The translations under genes were made by a program, and so were the position numbers. The notes beneath the pieces are model-generated. The model did no database searches. It was not told where the DNA came from and saw only the letters and a list, made by a program, of their open reading frames with translations. From Octopus bimaculoides (lineage: Eukaryota), in the NCBI RefSeq assembly GCF_001194135.2, contig NC_069004.1:15474178-15538177 (forward strand): DNA of 64,000 nucleotides. The letters are read 5' to 3'. Shown here in pieces: positions 50,600 to 63,960 of the stretch. The stretch's first letter is position 1; each line of letters starts with the position of its first letter.

Positions 50600-51430
50600 A
50601 TATTTGCATATTTTATACTTTGATACTCTCAACTTCTTGATAGCTGATCAATATAATCAATATGTCCATAGAAACGAGATAATAACTGTCAGCATTCTAA
50701 AGAAGTAATTATTTGGAGCCAAATTACTACCATATTTGTCCAAGTTCACTTTTGCTCTCCTGCACTTTGATGTCTGGGTATAACTGTATTTCTAAATTCA
50801 AGCCCAGATGCAAGTAATGAATATTGATGCAACTCTATCAATTACATATAACTGACACGACAACACATTGAAGTTTGACCCAATGAGGGAAATTCTATCC
50901 AGTTACTTGACCTGATAGAAATAGGAGCCAAGTCTCACACAAATCACATCATACTACTATTATCTTATTAAAAAGAAGGATACTTCAGATAATGTAGTCC
51001 TAGATACATCATATTTGATAAAAAATAAAGGGCAAGCAATCACAGTTAGCAAACTTGATCACAAGCTTACCATATCTTGGCTGTCCTGGAGTTAACCAAA
51101 ATACCCAACAGCCAGTAGCCCTTATTGTTCTCTCATTCAAATATTTAGACAAGTTCCTCATCACTCTAGCCCCTAGGAAAATACAAAGAAATACACCAAA
51201 GTTGGTTCCTCTTTAACTTTTCTTTCACTTAGCTACATTGGCACTCCTCTTACAATAGAATTATTGTCCTAAATAATCATTTTTATCATTGACTCAGTGT
51301 GACATGGTTGCCACTGCAATTGACTGCACCCCTAAATACTCTCTCATAATTGCCACTGATGTCCCATTCCTTTATTGGTTTCAAAGCTGTCTCATTTACT
51401 TTTTTATCAAATTGTTTATTTAGTTTATAT

Positions 51431-51742
51431 CAGAGGTTCTCAACATGTATGGTACTACCCCCAAGGATGAGGCAATCAATGGGGCATTAGGCTTTAGTGG
51501 GTGGTGGCATAACATAATTAACATATTGAATTTTATCTATCTTTTATTTTTTATCTTTTACTTGTTTCAGTCATTAGACTGTGGCCATGCTGAGGCAATG
51601 CCTTGAAGAATTTTTTGTTGAATGAATCAACCTTAATACTCATTTTAAAAATCTGGTACTTATTCTATCAATTTCTTTTGCCAAACCACTAAGCTACAGA
51701 GACATAAATACACCAACACTGGTTGTCAAGTAGTGGTGGGGA

Positions 51743-51773
<31 letters not shown>

Positions 51774-52361
51774 GACAGGCTTCTTTCAGTTTCTGTCTAC
51801 CAAATCTGCACACAAGGCTTTGGTCAACCCGAGGCTATAGTAGAAGACACCTGTCCAAGATTCCACACAATGGGACTGAACTTAAAACCATGTGGTTTGG
51901 AAGCAAGCTTCTTAGCACACAGCCAAACTTGTGCCTATAGTAGTAATTATATTATTCATGATAAAACTAGTAATGGTAATTAAAATAAAATGAGATCTCA
52001 TCGGGCACAGAGAAGTCATTAACTTGCAATGTATAAAGTAAATTTTGTCTTTATCAATTTTTTATCATTTCATCTAAAAGGAGATTAAGCAACTATATCT
52101 AGAATGTTCAGTAGCCATATTAGAGGCTTCTTTGCTGACGCAGTCATATGTGGGTCTCCGTAGAATTGGTTTAAACAGTATTGTTTTCTCATATTCAGAC
52201 ACACAACAGCTTATACAATTCATTTTTTAGTGTAAAATTTATAAATTATCATCCTTGTTAAGTTTAGCCATGATACTTCACTGGCCTCTTAGGTGGGCAC
52301 TAGGCATGACAATTACATAAAAGGGTGGTTACTACAAAAAAAAAATGGTTAAGAACCATTC
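51431..52361. mobile_element. Degenerate hAT-like MITE carrying an internal SINE
   Basis: Ends cagaggttctcaac ... ggttaagaaccattc resemble the TIRs of the 5261 element. No TSD is recoverable. Confidence 0.45.
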
Positions 52362-54104
52362 ATCATCATCATCATCATCATCGTTTAACATCTGCTTTCC
52401 ATGCTAGCATGGGTTGGACGATTTGACTGAGGATTGGTGGACCAGGAGGTGACACCAGGCTCCAATCTGAAGTGGCAGAGTTTCTACAGCTGGATGCCCT
52501 TCCTAACGCCAACCACTCCGAGAGTGTAGTACCATTGGTTCTTGTAATTAAGATGTAATTAAGAAATGATATAGATGTAAGTGGATGTAAGTGATTTTTT
52601 AAAAAGTATGTCTCATATCAAAGATAACTGAACTTCCCAGATATTGGAAGCCATATCCAACCCAGCACGGAAAACTTCAAGTGGAAATGATATATTGATG
52701 CACTATTGTGTGTCTGAATATGAGAAAGCAATGCTGTTTAAACCACTTCTACGGAGACCCACATACAATTGAGTCAGCAAAGAAGCCTCTGATATTGTTA
52801 CTGAACATTCTAGATATAGCAGCTAAATCTCCTTTAGATCAAACTTAGAATTTTTTTAAAAAAGAAGGGCAATTTTGATATGTGGCTAAAAAGAGATGAT
52901 TATAGGGGAGAGGGACTGAGGGGATTATAGGACTGAGCAGACCCCTTTGATCAGGGGTCTGCTCGGTTAGGACTGACTCTGAACTCACAACAACAACTTA
53001 AAATGTATATACAAATTAATATACACATAATAATAGCTCCACTGTATTATACATCATTCCAAATAGACAAACAGCAACATCTCTTCAATTGCAGAAATAT
53101 TGAACATCACTTAAAGATGCAGCAGACCACATTACTAAGTGAGAGAACAGGCTGAGATTTCTGCATCAGTCAACATGGTGGTGGTGGTGCTGGTGCTGGT
53201 GCTGGTACTGGTTAGGGCGGGGCAGAGGTGGTGGCAGTAGTGGTGATGGTTGCTGTTGTTGTTGTTGTTGTTGTTGTTGGTGGTGGTTGTTACTGTGGTG
53301 ATTGTGGTGTGGTGGCGGCAGCAGCAGTGGTGGTGGTTGCTGCTGTTGTTGCTGTTGTTGTTGTGGTGGTGGTGGTGGTGGTGGTGGTGGTGGTGGTAGT
53401 TATTGTTGCTGTTGTTGGAGGTGGTGGCAGCATCAGTAGTAGTAGCAGCAGCAGTGGTGGTCATGATGATGATGATGATAACAACGACGATGATGTTGGC
53501 GATGACAACAGGATTAAGCTGTGTACATGAAATTTGTTGCGGGAGGTGGCGGGGGAGGAGAGGATAGTTCGTTCTCTGTTACCTCCTCTCTCTGATGATA
53601 TAATCTTGGATCATTACAGTTAATTTGTTAAGAAGCCTAAGGTTAGTATTGAGCCTGAGTGATGTTTAGGATTTCAGATAATCCTAATGAGATGTCTGAG
53701 AAGATTAAGAAGCAGACGCTGCAAGAGGTAGCATTTTCATACCCGAATGCTTCGATTGATGTTCAGTAAGCTTTGACATTTCAGAAGAGCTATTTAATTA
53801 ATGTTTAATTATTGAATTAATGTTTAATTAACAAAGAAAAAAAAATTTTTTTTTTTTTGCTCCCTTGTTTGTAAAATGTGTAACATGTAAATTGAACAGT
53901 AGAATTTTGGAAGTGTCAGTTAATAAACCTGTAAATTTCCTTGCTTGCAAGCATACATATAAAGTGTAGAGTGGAGTGACTTGTTCGAGAGTGTCAATCA
54001 TATTGCCCACAGGCTGGATCAAGACCACAGCATTGATTAGTCCATCTCCCAGCTCAATTTTATAAAAAATTATTTTTTTATATTTTTAAAATAGTTTATA
54101 CTAT

Positions 54105-54152
<48 letters not shown>

Positions 54153-54682
54153 NNNNNNNNNNNNNNNNNNNNNNNNNNNNNNNNNNNNNNNNNNNNNNNN
54201 NNNNNNNNNNNNNNNNNNNNNNNNNNNNNNNNNNNNNNNNNNNNNNNNNNNNNNNNNNNNNNNNNNNNNNNNNNNNNNNNNNNNNNNNNNNNNNNNNNNN
54301 NNNNNNNNNNNNNNNNNNNNNNNNNNNNNNNNNNNNNNNNNNNNNNNNNNNNNNNNNNNNNNNNNNNNNNNNNNNNNNNNNNNNAGCTATCTCTGATGAG
54401 CATATATTATATAACTGGTTTCTTACCTAACACTCCATTATATAATTTCATGAGAAACCAATTGGTAAGACTGGCCATGATGGATAATTAACACTATAAA
54501 ATTCAGACTATATATATATATATATATATATATAATCAAAGAAAGTTAGTGGTTGTGAATCCAACCCACTAAGGGATAATATCTATCCAATATACAGCCG
54601 GAAGGATACCCAATTACTATTACACTAGTGTTTTTACCGAGTGCAATAAATGGGTGCAGGTATATATATATATATATATACT

Positions 54683-55420
54683 ATCATAAATATGAGGCTA
54701 ATAAATTAAAACAATTCATTACCAGTAGTTAGCATGCATAAATAAAAGTCAGAAGACATAACATATTTTTAAAAATAGAAAAGTGGATAGAATGTTTCTA
54801 TACACAAAGAGGAGTCCTTTGACAAAACTCCTTACATGCTAAAAAGGCCAGTTAAAACCTAAACCATGGAAAGAAGAATTCATGAGGCATGCCAATTATA
54901 ACACCAGAACGAACAAAAAAAGTGGATTAGTTAATCTCAAACTCAAGTTTTGCCATTAATCTCTGAGTTAGACTAATTTGGGATCTGTGGCTCATCTGTG
55001 AGATCGCTAATTAATGAATAATTATGTAGTTGCAAATACATACTGAAAAAACATGTGCAAGGCAGTTACATCTTTATCCATTTTGATTTCAAATTTAGTG
55101 CACGAGCATAAATGCATAGTCCAGCAGTAAATAAATAAATTTATAACTGTATCCTATATAGCCTCTGAATTATAAATATTACCATCATAAATATGAGGGT
55201 AATAAATTAAAATAATTTGTTACCAGTGGTTAGCATGCATAAATAAAAGTCATAAGATATAACATATTTTTAAAAATATAAAAATGTATAGAATCGGCAT
55301 GCCTCATGAATTCTTCTTTTCGTGGTTTAGGTTTTAACTGGCCTTTTTAGCATGTAAGGAGTCCTGTCAAAGGTCCCCTCTCTGTGTATAGAAAGATTCT
55401 ATACACTTTTATATTTTTAA
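54683..55420. repeat. Partly direct, partly inverted local duplication
   Basis: 54683-54793 is repeated directly at 55184-55294. 54769-54893 is repeated in inverted form at 55296-55420. Confidence 0.85.
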
Positions 55421-55470
<50 letters not shown>

Positions 55471-56810
55471 TTAGGGAAAAGAACCAAGGTTCATGAACTC
55501 ATCGATGAAAATCCTCTGTCACATATAGAAAAATTGATAAGTTAAAGACCAAATATCATAAGATAAAGATAATAAAACGACTACACGTGTTTCATAACCA
55601 ATTTTCAAATAGAAAGAAAATTTAAATCGATTAAAATCGATTAAAACTACCGAAAATAGCTATTACTTTGTTAAACGACTTTATATCATTGTTTGAAAAA
55701 AATATGTATTTTTGTATTTTTATATTATTCAATTGATTTTTAATGATAATTTTAATCGATACCTTTTTTTAACACTAACTTAATTAGAAGTAAGAGTATC
55801 ATTTTAGCCTAAACTAAGACTTCGATTTGATTAGGGTTGAAATATTTTCTATTAATACTGTTTAATATTTCTTTCTATTTTATGCGATAAATAACTAGTC
55901 TTTTTATTTAATTTCTTTGATTATACAATATTGTTAATTGTTTTATTATGACTTAAGTTATATAAAGTTTAATCTTTCATTCATAATAATTTTTTCATTC
56001 ATATTTTTATTTCTCTTCCTTTTTTTACACAATATTTTCACCAGATTTCTTTTAAACAAACGTTTTTAGTCTAAAATATTCTAGCTTAAAATATTGCATC
56101 GTTTAGATATGTGCTAATTCTATCTTTATTATTTTAACCTTAAACTTCATTCAAATTGTATTTTAAATGAAAAATTCGTTAAGTTGGTTTTTGCATATAA
56201 CATACCTGTTAGCTTNNNNNNNNNNNNNNNNNNNNNNNNNNNNNNNNNNNNNNNNNNNNNNNNNNNNNNNNNNNNNNNNNNNNNNNNNNNNNNNNNNNNN
56301 NNNNNNNNNNNNNNNNNNNNNNNNNNNNNNNNNNNNNNNNNNNNNNNNNNNNNNNNNNNNNNNNNNNNNNNNNNNNNNNNNNNNNNNNNNNNNNNNNNNN
56401 NNNNNNNNNNNNNNNNNNNNNNNNNNNNNNNNNNNNNNNNNNNNNNNNNNNNNNNNNNNNNNNNNNNNNNNNNNNNNNNNNNNNNNNNNNNNNNNNNNNN
56501 NNNNNNNNNNNNNNNNNNNNNNNNNNNNNNNNNNNNNNNNNNNNNNNNNNNNNNNNNNNNNNNNNNNNNNNNNNNNNNNNNNNNNNNNNNNNNNNNNNNN
56601 NNNNNNNNNNNNNNNNNNNNNNNNNNNNNNNNNNNNNNNNNNNNNNNNNNNNNNNNNNNNNNNNNNNNNNNNNNNNNNNNNNNNNNNNNNNNNNNNNNNN
56701 NNNNNNNNNNNNNNNNNNNTATATATATATATATATATTGTGGTTCCAGCCTATGGTTGGTGGGTATCAAATAGGATATTTCGGTTGTGTACACAGAGTA
56801 AAACTATGTA

Positions 56811-56970
56811 CTTTGCCTGTGAGGACCCTAGCTGAAGCTCCTCTCCATCTTACCTCTTGTATGCAGCATACATCAACCCATCTCCTTTCAAGCTTCTCTA
56901 CTATCTCACTAGACCTACCTTTCAGTGTGCCTACATTGAGAGTGCCAACTCTGAAAACTAGGAAAGGAAT
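56811..56970 (-). mobile_element. RTE LINE apurinic-type endonuclease fragment
   Basis: RVGTLNVGTLKGRSSEIVEKLERRWVDVCCIQEVRWRG. Confidence 0.85.
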
Positions 56971-59330
56971 GTGGGGTGAGGCTTGGAGAGGAGAGATGTT
57001 ATTCAGCACCTGAAAAGAAGAGGGAGAGTGTCATGTCCGTTTTTTAGGCATGCTTCACCCATTCTCACTTCTGACCTGACATCATTCAAACGTTCAAACG
57101 TGTTAAGATTATTGCCCCTACTGGAGGTAGGAGCAGGCGTTAGCGGTGTTGTAAGAATTATTGATAGTAATAATAATAATTTATTCTTTTATTAGCCACA
57201 AGGGCTCACATAAAATAACATTAAAAGACATGCAACAACATACAAGACAAAAACAACAATGATGATAATGATTGTCATTCACAATGCCATTATCATCATC
57301 ATTAGCATTTTTTTAAAAAGCCATTTTCCTAAGCTGCCACTGGTTGGATGTGTCTTTTGTACATCCTATCATTTATCATTTCATTCTTTAGTTATTTCTT
57401 CTGTGAGACCAAATATTCTACGATTTAGCTTCCATGTCACTCACCATCTTTTCACATCACCTGCCAATACAGTTTGGTCGTTTCACCATTCTGTACACTT
57501 TCTCTCCTCTCCTTCCCTACCATTCATAAAGTTTAAAAACACATTATCTTAGACATCTTCCAGCAACTTATGTGCTTCCCATTTCTGTCCAACCTTTATT
57601 GACCTTCTTCAACAGATGTCTCACTCTATCACAGTGTAAAGACTGAGATAGGACGGGTGGGTGAGAGAAAAGGACAAAGAAATATATGAAGTGGGGGGAA
57701 AGCGTTTGAGGAGAAGTGAATGTGTGCGAGATAGAGAATGTTAGAGAGAAGGTAAGAGGTAAGAGCGTAAAAGAGAGTTGGAGAGAAAATGATGAAAATA
57801 GTGAGAGAAAGAGAGAGAATGTGAGGAAGAGTTAAAGAGAAGGTGAAGTAGATAGTAAGAGAAAAACATAGGGAGAACTTGGGAATGGGAGGAAAACATA
57901 TGAAAAGAGAGTATAAGGAAGAGTAGATGCAGGAGAGGGAGTATAACATTGAAAATAGAAGAGGAGAAAATAAAAAGGAAAAAATAAAAAGTATGGAAGC
58001 CCATCTTGTCAACAGCTTAACACAGTAATCGCCTTTCTAAATAACCAATGTCATCTGCTTTAATCTATGAGCTCTCTTTTAGAAACAGAATAGAGAAGAC
58101 AGCAGAAATCATTGCTTTCGCTTCGCTTGAAATAAATCTTGTATGGATTAAAGATTAATAAGGAATAACCATTTGTTCAGCCACACCTTAACCCCAAAGA
58201 TCAGATTTAGTCAACAGGGCAGTGAAGTTGGTTACTTTCTACAATTTAGAGTCATGACTCTCCTGTAAACATTGAGGATTTTCGTTTCAGAAATGGTGAG
58301 AGACACTGGAACCAGAAGATCCAGTTCACATTATATTAACTTTATATATTAGCAACAGAGGCAGTTTTATATCTTTAACAAGCTTACTTGTTAATTGCTT
58401 TGGCACTGTTATTCTATATATTGTTGGTGAGGAGGTGAATTGTTACTATCTCTAGTGATCAAGTGCCCATCATTAACAAGACCAAGGAAGGTTGAAATAA
58501 TGTGATCTGCTGGTCTTGGTGCTGGAGGTGGCAGGGGTTTAGCTCCCCATTAATGATATAATCAAAAGTGCATTTTGCACCAAAGCCAACACGAGTGTTT
58601 CTCTCATGGCAACTATTGCAGTATGGTTTGTTCTAACAGAACATCCACATTTTAAGTGGGGATAAATATATATATACTAACTTTTTACTTTCTCTGATCC
58701 ATAAAATACAAAGTAGTAACTTATAGGGATGAACGGATAAAATATCTACCACACTTAGAGGAGGATAATAACGTTGAAAGAGGTGTTGGTGGTGGCAGTG
58801 GCAGTAATGTTGGTGGCAAGGATAGTCCTAGGTTTATTGTTGTTTAGTACAAGGTCAACTCTGACTGAGCAGAGCTATAAACAAAGACATTCCAACCATA
58901 ACCATTTCCTTTCTGTGTATATCAGAAACTATACTCCAATGTATTTCTTTATATGCTTGCTCAGTATACTAGAAATAGCAGACAAATCTTCCTTATATTA
59001 CATCCTTGTACTGTTGGAAAGTATGATGATGATGATGAGGAATCTGTTTTGCCTTTATATCCCCATTCTTTTGGTTAAAGTATCACAATAATGAAAATGT
59101 GTGGTTTGTAGAGGTTTTCATTAATGGATATGTATATCTTAACAGATAATTATCTAATCATCACATCTGCATAGAATAAAAAAAAAAAGTGTTTTATTGG
59201 ACGAAGTTCAAAACCAGTTGTTGGAAGAGGAATGTTAAGGTAATTGAGTTTCACACACCATTATATTACAGCTGTATTGTATTATTATTAATATTTACAC
59301 TTCGCTATATTAATGCTTCATTATATAATT

Positions 59331-59550
59331 AATATTGGTTTCAAATTTTGGCACAAAGCCTGCAATTTCAGGGGAAGGGCTAAATTAATTACATCAGCCC
59401 CAGTGCTTGACTGGCACTTATTTTATCGACCCCAAAAGGATGGAAGGGAAAGTCAACCTCGGCGGAATTTGAACTCAGAACGTAACGGCAGACGAAATAC
59501 CGCTAAGAATTTTGCCCGGTGTGCTAACGTTTCTGCCAGCTTACCGTCTT
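59331..59550 (-). mobile_element. tRNA-headed SINE (family A), antisense copy
   Basis: Reverse complement of the gttctgagttcaaattccgccgaggttgactttccc...ttgtgccaaaatttgaaaccaatat body. Relatives are at about 1-115, 192-345, 13305-13460, 23098-23320 and 32178-32315 (all -) and 43494-43680(+). Confidence 0.85.
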
Positions 59551-59599
59551 ATACAAACAATTCTGCCAGCTTGTCATATTTAATTATATATATTATTAA

Positions 59600-59708
59600 C
59601 CCTTTGAGCCCTGACCTCCTGGACTTTGTTTTACCATATACCTGGCACTCCACGGTATAGAGAAAAGTAAGCCATCCACTGGTAAACCGGTGTTACAGGC
59701 CCAAAGGA
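59600..59708. mobile_element. Short piggyBac-like MITE
   Basis: TTAA|ccctttgagccctg ... caggcccaaagga|TTAA. Confidence 0.7.
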
Positions 59709-59726
59709 TTAATATTACTGCCTTAT

Positions 59727-59954
59727 AAGGTGGTGAGCTAGCAGAATTGTGACCACACTGGACAAAATGCTAAGTGGTATTTCTTCTGGCTTCTTATGTT
59801 CTGAATTCAAATTCTATTTAGGCTGACTTTGCCTTTCATCTTTTCAAAGTCAATAAAATAGGTACCAGCAGAGTAATGAAATTGATGTAACTGATTTGAC
59901 CCCCCCCCCTCCCTGAAATTACTGGCCTTGTGCCAAAAAATTTGAAACCAATAT
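59727..59954 (+). mobile_element. tRNA-headed SINE (family A), sense copy
   Basis: ggtggtgagctagcagaa head through ggccttgtgccaaaaaatttgaaaccaatat tail. Confidence 0.85.
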
Positions 59955-60048
59955 AAAATATTATTAATATAAAATATAATGATGATTGATCTACAAACTG
60001 TCAAAGTGTCTACAGAAGATTGATATGTCTCTTTTCTCTTTCATTCAG

Positions 60049-60749
60049 GTGTTGCAATAACAAACAGTATTTTTACATTGATGGTGATGTCTGTGGATCG
60101 CTACCTCTCTTTACAATACGCACACAGCACTCAACGAACCACAAGTCCTCAACAAGCCATTGTCATTATCATAACAATTTGGGTGCTGGCTGCTTTGATC
60201 ATGGGACCATTACTGTTCATTCGTGAGATCGATGTCCTTGTTCTGCCTACATTAGAACCCATGACATTTTGTATTGAGAACTGGCCTCAAAACACTGACC
60301 GTGAAGCTTATGCCATCTTTTTATTCTTTGTAGTTTACATCATTCCATCAACCACACTGTTTTTGTGTTATATTCGAGTATTTAAATATGTCTGCAAGCA
60401 GGAAATGCAACGCGAGAACTCAGACTGTAGCACAAAACGTCTGATTAGTCGCAGGAAAGCTGCTAGGATGCTCATCATTCTGGTGCTGATATTTATGGTG
60501 TGCTGGTTACCTTACAACATTGTTTCACTAATAAGTGATATTTGGGGCAGTGCGTGGAATCAATTGGATTTACTGCGTTACGCACTGTGGCTAGGACATT
60601 CTCACAGTGCCATCAACCCCGTTATGTATTGGCTTCTTAACAAAAGGTTCCGCCAGCAAGTTCGCAGAATGTTCCGGAAAACGAAAAACTGTGGCAGTTC
60701 ACACACTTGTCATGGATTTATCAGTCTACCAACCCCTAAATATGTGTAG
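60049..60749 (+). CDS. Class A peptide GPCR, second coding exon: TM3 to TM7 and C-tail
   Basis: Pyrimidine tract and cag acceptor. Joins exon 1 in frame as MQ-G-VAITNSIFTLMVMSVDRY. Contains DRY, TM4 W, ECL2 FCIENWP, RRKAARML, CWLP, NPVMY and helix 8 KRFR. The full protein is 365 aa. Confidence 0.95.
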
Positions 60750-61830
60750 GATCCATACTGTACTGTGAATGATAAAGTTGAGAGGGATGAGAACAACCAC
60801 AAGGGATAGTGAGACATAGTATGCAAGGTGAGAGACAGTGTACAGGTATAGATGTGTATGTGTATGTGTGTGTAGATGTTTATAAGAAACGGTTTGAATT
60901 TCTATTTCCAGACCAAATAATAATAATGATCATAATCATGATAAGTATTTGTTACAATGAAAAAATTTTTAATAATTAAAACCACCCTAACAAAAAAAAA
61001 AAAAAAAAAAAAAAAAANNNNNNNNNNACATCAAAAAAAAAAAAATTGAAGAACACAAAAGATTTAAGAATTTACTGACAGAAGTTGCTAATTGAATGCC
61101 ATTTTTTTCCTTTTTTTTATTATTAATGAGGGAATAAAAACTGACTATATGGGAGAAGGAAAAGTGGAAGTTGTGATGTTTGTGCCTTCTTTCACATGGA
61201 ACAAGAGTGAAATGGTACCAGCTGGAAATTCAAACCATGTCAGGAATTTGGTTGAATCAGGAAATTTATTTCTGCACCATTTACCATTCACTGGAATTGG
61301 TAATTTATTCCACACACACATACATACACACACACATATACATTTAATGTGTTATTAAATATAAAATTAATTTATTACAGAAAAAAATATTCATTTTTAT
61401 TGTTATAGTCAAAATTTATTTATTTATTTATTATTGCAGATAAAATTAAATTATTCGATGAAATCATGATTATTAATTTATTATTACAGACAAAATGAAT
61501 TTTTAACAGAAATATAAAGTTTAATGTGATGGTGGGAAGACAAGGCTGACATTTTTTTGGGGTTTTTTTTTCACTCTAATAAATAAAAATGAATTATTGT
61601 TAATAAACTTACATGTTTAATTCTCCATGTTTAACATTTTATAACTATTTGTAAACTATTTTCTGTTTTTTTCTTTGATTTAATTTTTTTTATATAAAAA
61701 TTTATGGTACTTGAAAGGTTGAACAAAAATTTATTGTAATGTTTTGAAGAGGAAGTTCCGAAAAATAATGTTTTAAAGTTAAACATTTCAAAAACAAAAA
61801 AAAAATGAAAACTATTGTTTACTTTGATTT

Positions 61831-62257
61831 CTTTCTGGAAGTTGTGGTAGTAGGAGATCCAGGAAGACCTGGGACGATGTATTGAGGTCCGATCTCAAAA
61901 TGTTGAACCTTACAAAGGAGATGACAGAAAACCAAGTCATGTGGCACATTGTTGTACTCAAGAAGACCCGCCCACCACAACAGAACTGAGATCCTAAAAC
62001 CAAGGTGCCATGTAAAAAGCATTCATGTGGGTGCTGGTGCCTTGTAAAAGGTACTGATGATAGCACCATGTAAAAAGTACCCTGTACATTCTGTGGAGTG
62101 GTTGGCATTAGGAAGGGCATCCAACCATAGAAACCAAGCCAAAACAGACTATGGAACCTGGTGCAGCCCTTGATCTTACCAGTTCCTGTCAAGCCATCCA
62201 ACCCATGCCAGCATGGGAAATGGATGTTAAATGATGATGATGATGATGATGATGATG
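61831..62257 (+). mobile_element. 5'-truncated RTE LINE 3' end with a (GAT)n tail, defining dispersed family D
   Basis: GSCGSRRSRKTWDDVLRSDLKMLNLTKEM...* then a 3' UTR ending ccaacccatgccagcatgg...ttaaatgatgatgat. The same tail recurs near 4715-4997, 6480-6545, 8270-8570, 13545-13870(-), 24040-24360, 29455-29790, 34520-34680, 39258-39620(-), 46205-46578(-), 49527-49763(-) and 52362-52530(-). Confidence 0.85.
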
Positions 62258-62329
62258 TGTTTAGCAAAATTATGATTTTAAGATACTCACTCATTAACAG
62301 AGAATTTCTAAGACCTTAAATTATTAATA

Positions 62330-63960
62330 ATACATAACACTCCAAGGTACCACTTGTGATCTTCTGGAGAACAGCTAACTGCCATTTGTCTCGGTCCTTT
62401 GTCATCTCCTGTGTAGGGCTCAAGATCTTGAGAATCAGCCTTCACTACTTTCTGCCATGTCTTCTTGGGTCTCCTTCTTCCACAAGTTCCATCCACATTT
62501 AGTGATCAGCACCTCGTTATGCAGATACCCTTATTCATACACATTACATGACCAAACCAGCTCATTCATTTCTCTTGCACACCACATCTGATGCCTTTTA
62601 TGCCCAATTTTTCTCTCAACACATTTACACTCTGCTGTACATGTACACTGACATTGCACATCTAGCAGACTATGCTAGCTTCATTCCTCTCTAGTTTTCA
62701 CATGTCCTCTGCATTCGGGGATCATTTCACATTACCATGTAGCATTGCATACAAAGGCATTATACAATCTGCTTTTCATTAGGCCTTTTGTTATCAACAG
62801 AGATAAAAGTTTTCTGAACTTTCTCCATCCAATTTGTATTTTAGCAACTATACTTTCAGAGCATCCTTTTCCATTGCTAATTAGGCTACCTAAATAACAG
62901 AAACTATCTATTACCTCTAGGAAACTTCCTGAGAGTTCAAGGAAATCTATTTTCTGCATGTTTCAGCGTTTATTGCTTCTACATATCTTTCACATACTAA
63001 GTCTACTTTCTCTGTTAACACCTGTGTGATTCCACTGCAACTTTTGCATGTCCATATTTTGCACTGGGTACACTTCATGGAATTTCTACCAACACCTTTT
63101 CTACATACTGAGCAGTGCCATTTTCCCAAAGAGATTAGTAGCTGGTCCATTTTCCTACTTGCTAAAACTTTGATCTTTGCTAAGTTAGCTTTAAGGTCCT
63201 TTGATTCCAGTTTTTGCTTCAACACCTAGAATTTCTTTTCTAATTCTATGACAGATTCTGCTATGGGAACAAGGTCAACAGCATATAGTAGTTTCCATTG
63301 GCAGCCAGTCTTAAATCCCTTTGTTATAGCCCAAAGGACTATAATGAGTAGGAGAGGACTGAGAGCTGCACCTTAGTGAAGTCCTACCTGTACACTAAAT
63401 TTGTCATTGTATTCATTGCTATCATCCACCTTACTGATAGCACCCCTGTTCATGGCATGGGCAGCTCTCATCAGCCATTCATATACACCTAGCTTCTGCA
63501 ATAACTACCAGATCAGGAAGTGAGGGACCCTGTTGAAAGCTTTCTCCAGGTCAACAAATGCAAAGTATAATGGCTTACTTTTAGCTAATTACTTCTGTAG
63601 TTGACTAACTAGGAAGATGGCATCTGTAGTACTTCTCTCTGGCATAAAACCAAACTGCATTTCATCTAGTCTAACTCTCTTCCTAATTAGCAGAGCTATA
63701 AATCTTTCTATAACATTCATGGCTGCTCCAGCCATTTGATGTCTCTGTAATTACTTCTCTCTAAGGTATCTCCTTTACCCTTGTAGCAGTTAATTATAAT
63801 GTTACTACACCAGTCATTGAAAATAACACTTTTCTGTACAACCTAATTAATTATATAGCTAGCTATGCCTTTTCCTACTTTGCCAGATATTTTGAGTATC
63901 TCAGTAGTAATTCCTGATGGACCAAGAACTTTCCCTTCCCTGCCTTCATATCCTTAATTG
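62330..63960 (-). mobile_element. Degenerate RTE-clade LINE: reverse transcriptase (RT), Cys-rich PHD-like insert and C-terminus
   Basis: Minus-strand remnants: FAFVDLEKAFNRVP, GAALSPLLLIIVL, KLLYAVDLV (YADD mutated), GKWHCSVCRKGVGRNSMKCTQC, FCYLGSLIS and CGRRRPKKTW. Many stops and frameshifts. Confidence 0.92.

Noticed and set aside
39565-50708. ORFs of about 240-350 aa made mostly of X
   Set aside because: They only span N gaps. The same applies to the X-rich ORFs near 18.6, 27.6, 30.4, 35.7, 38.2, 54.1 and 56.2 kb.
54875-55610. Further hammerhead-like strings (TTCATGA-GGCATGCC-GA; GAAACACGTGTA)
   Set aside because: The core CUGANGA or stem I pairing is missing, so they are too degenerate to call.
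60735-60749. PDZ-binding motif at the GPCR C-terminus (PKYV)
   Set aside because: Position -2 is Lys, which fits neither class I nor class II consensus.
61414-61430. AU-rich element cluster and polyadenylation signals in the GPCR 3' region
   Set aside because: (TTTA)n and AATAAA (61133, 61578, 61582) are expected by chance at this AT content, and the transcript end is unknown.
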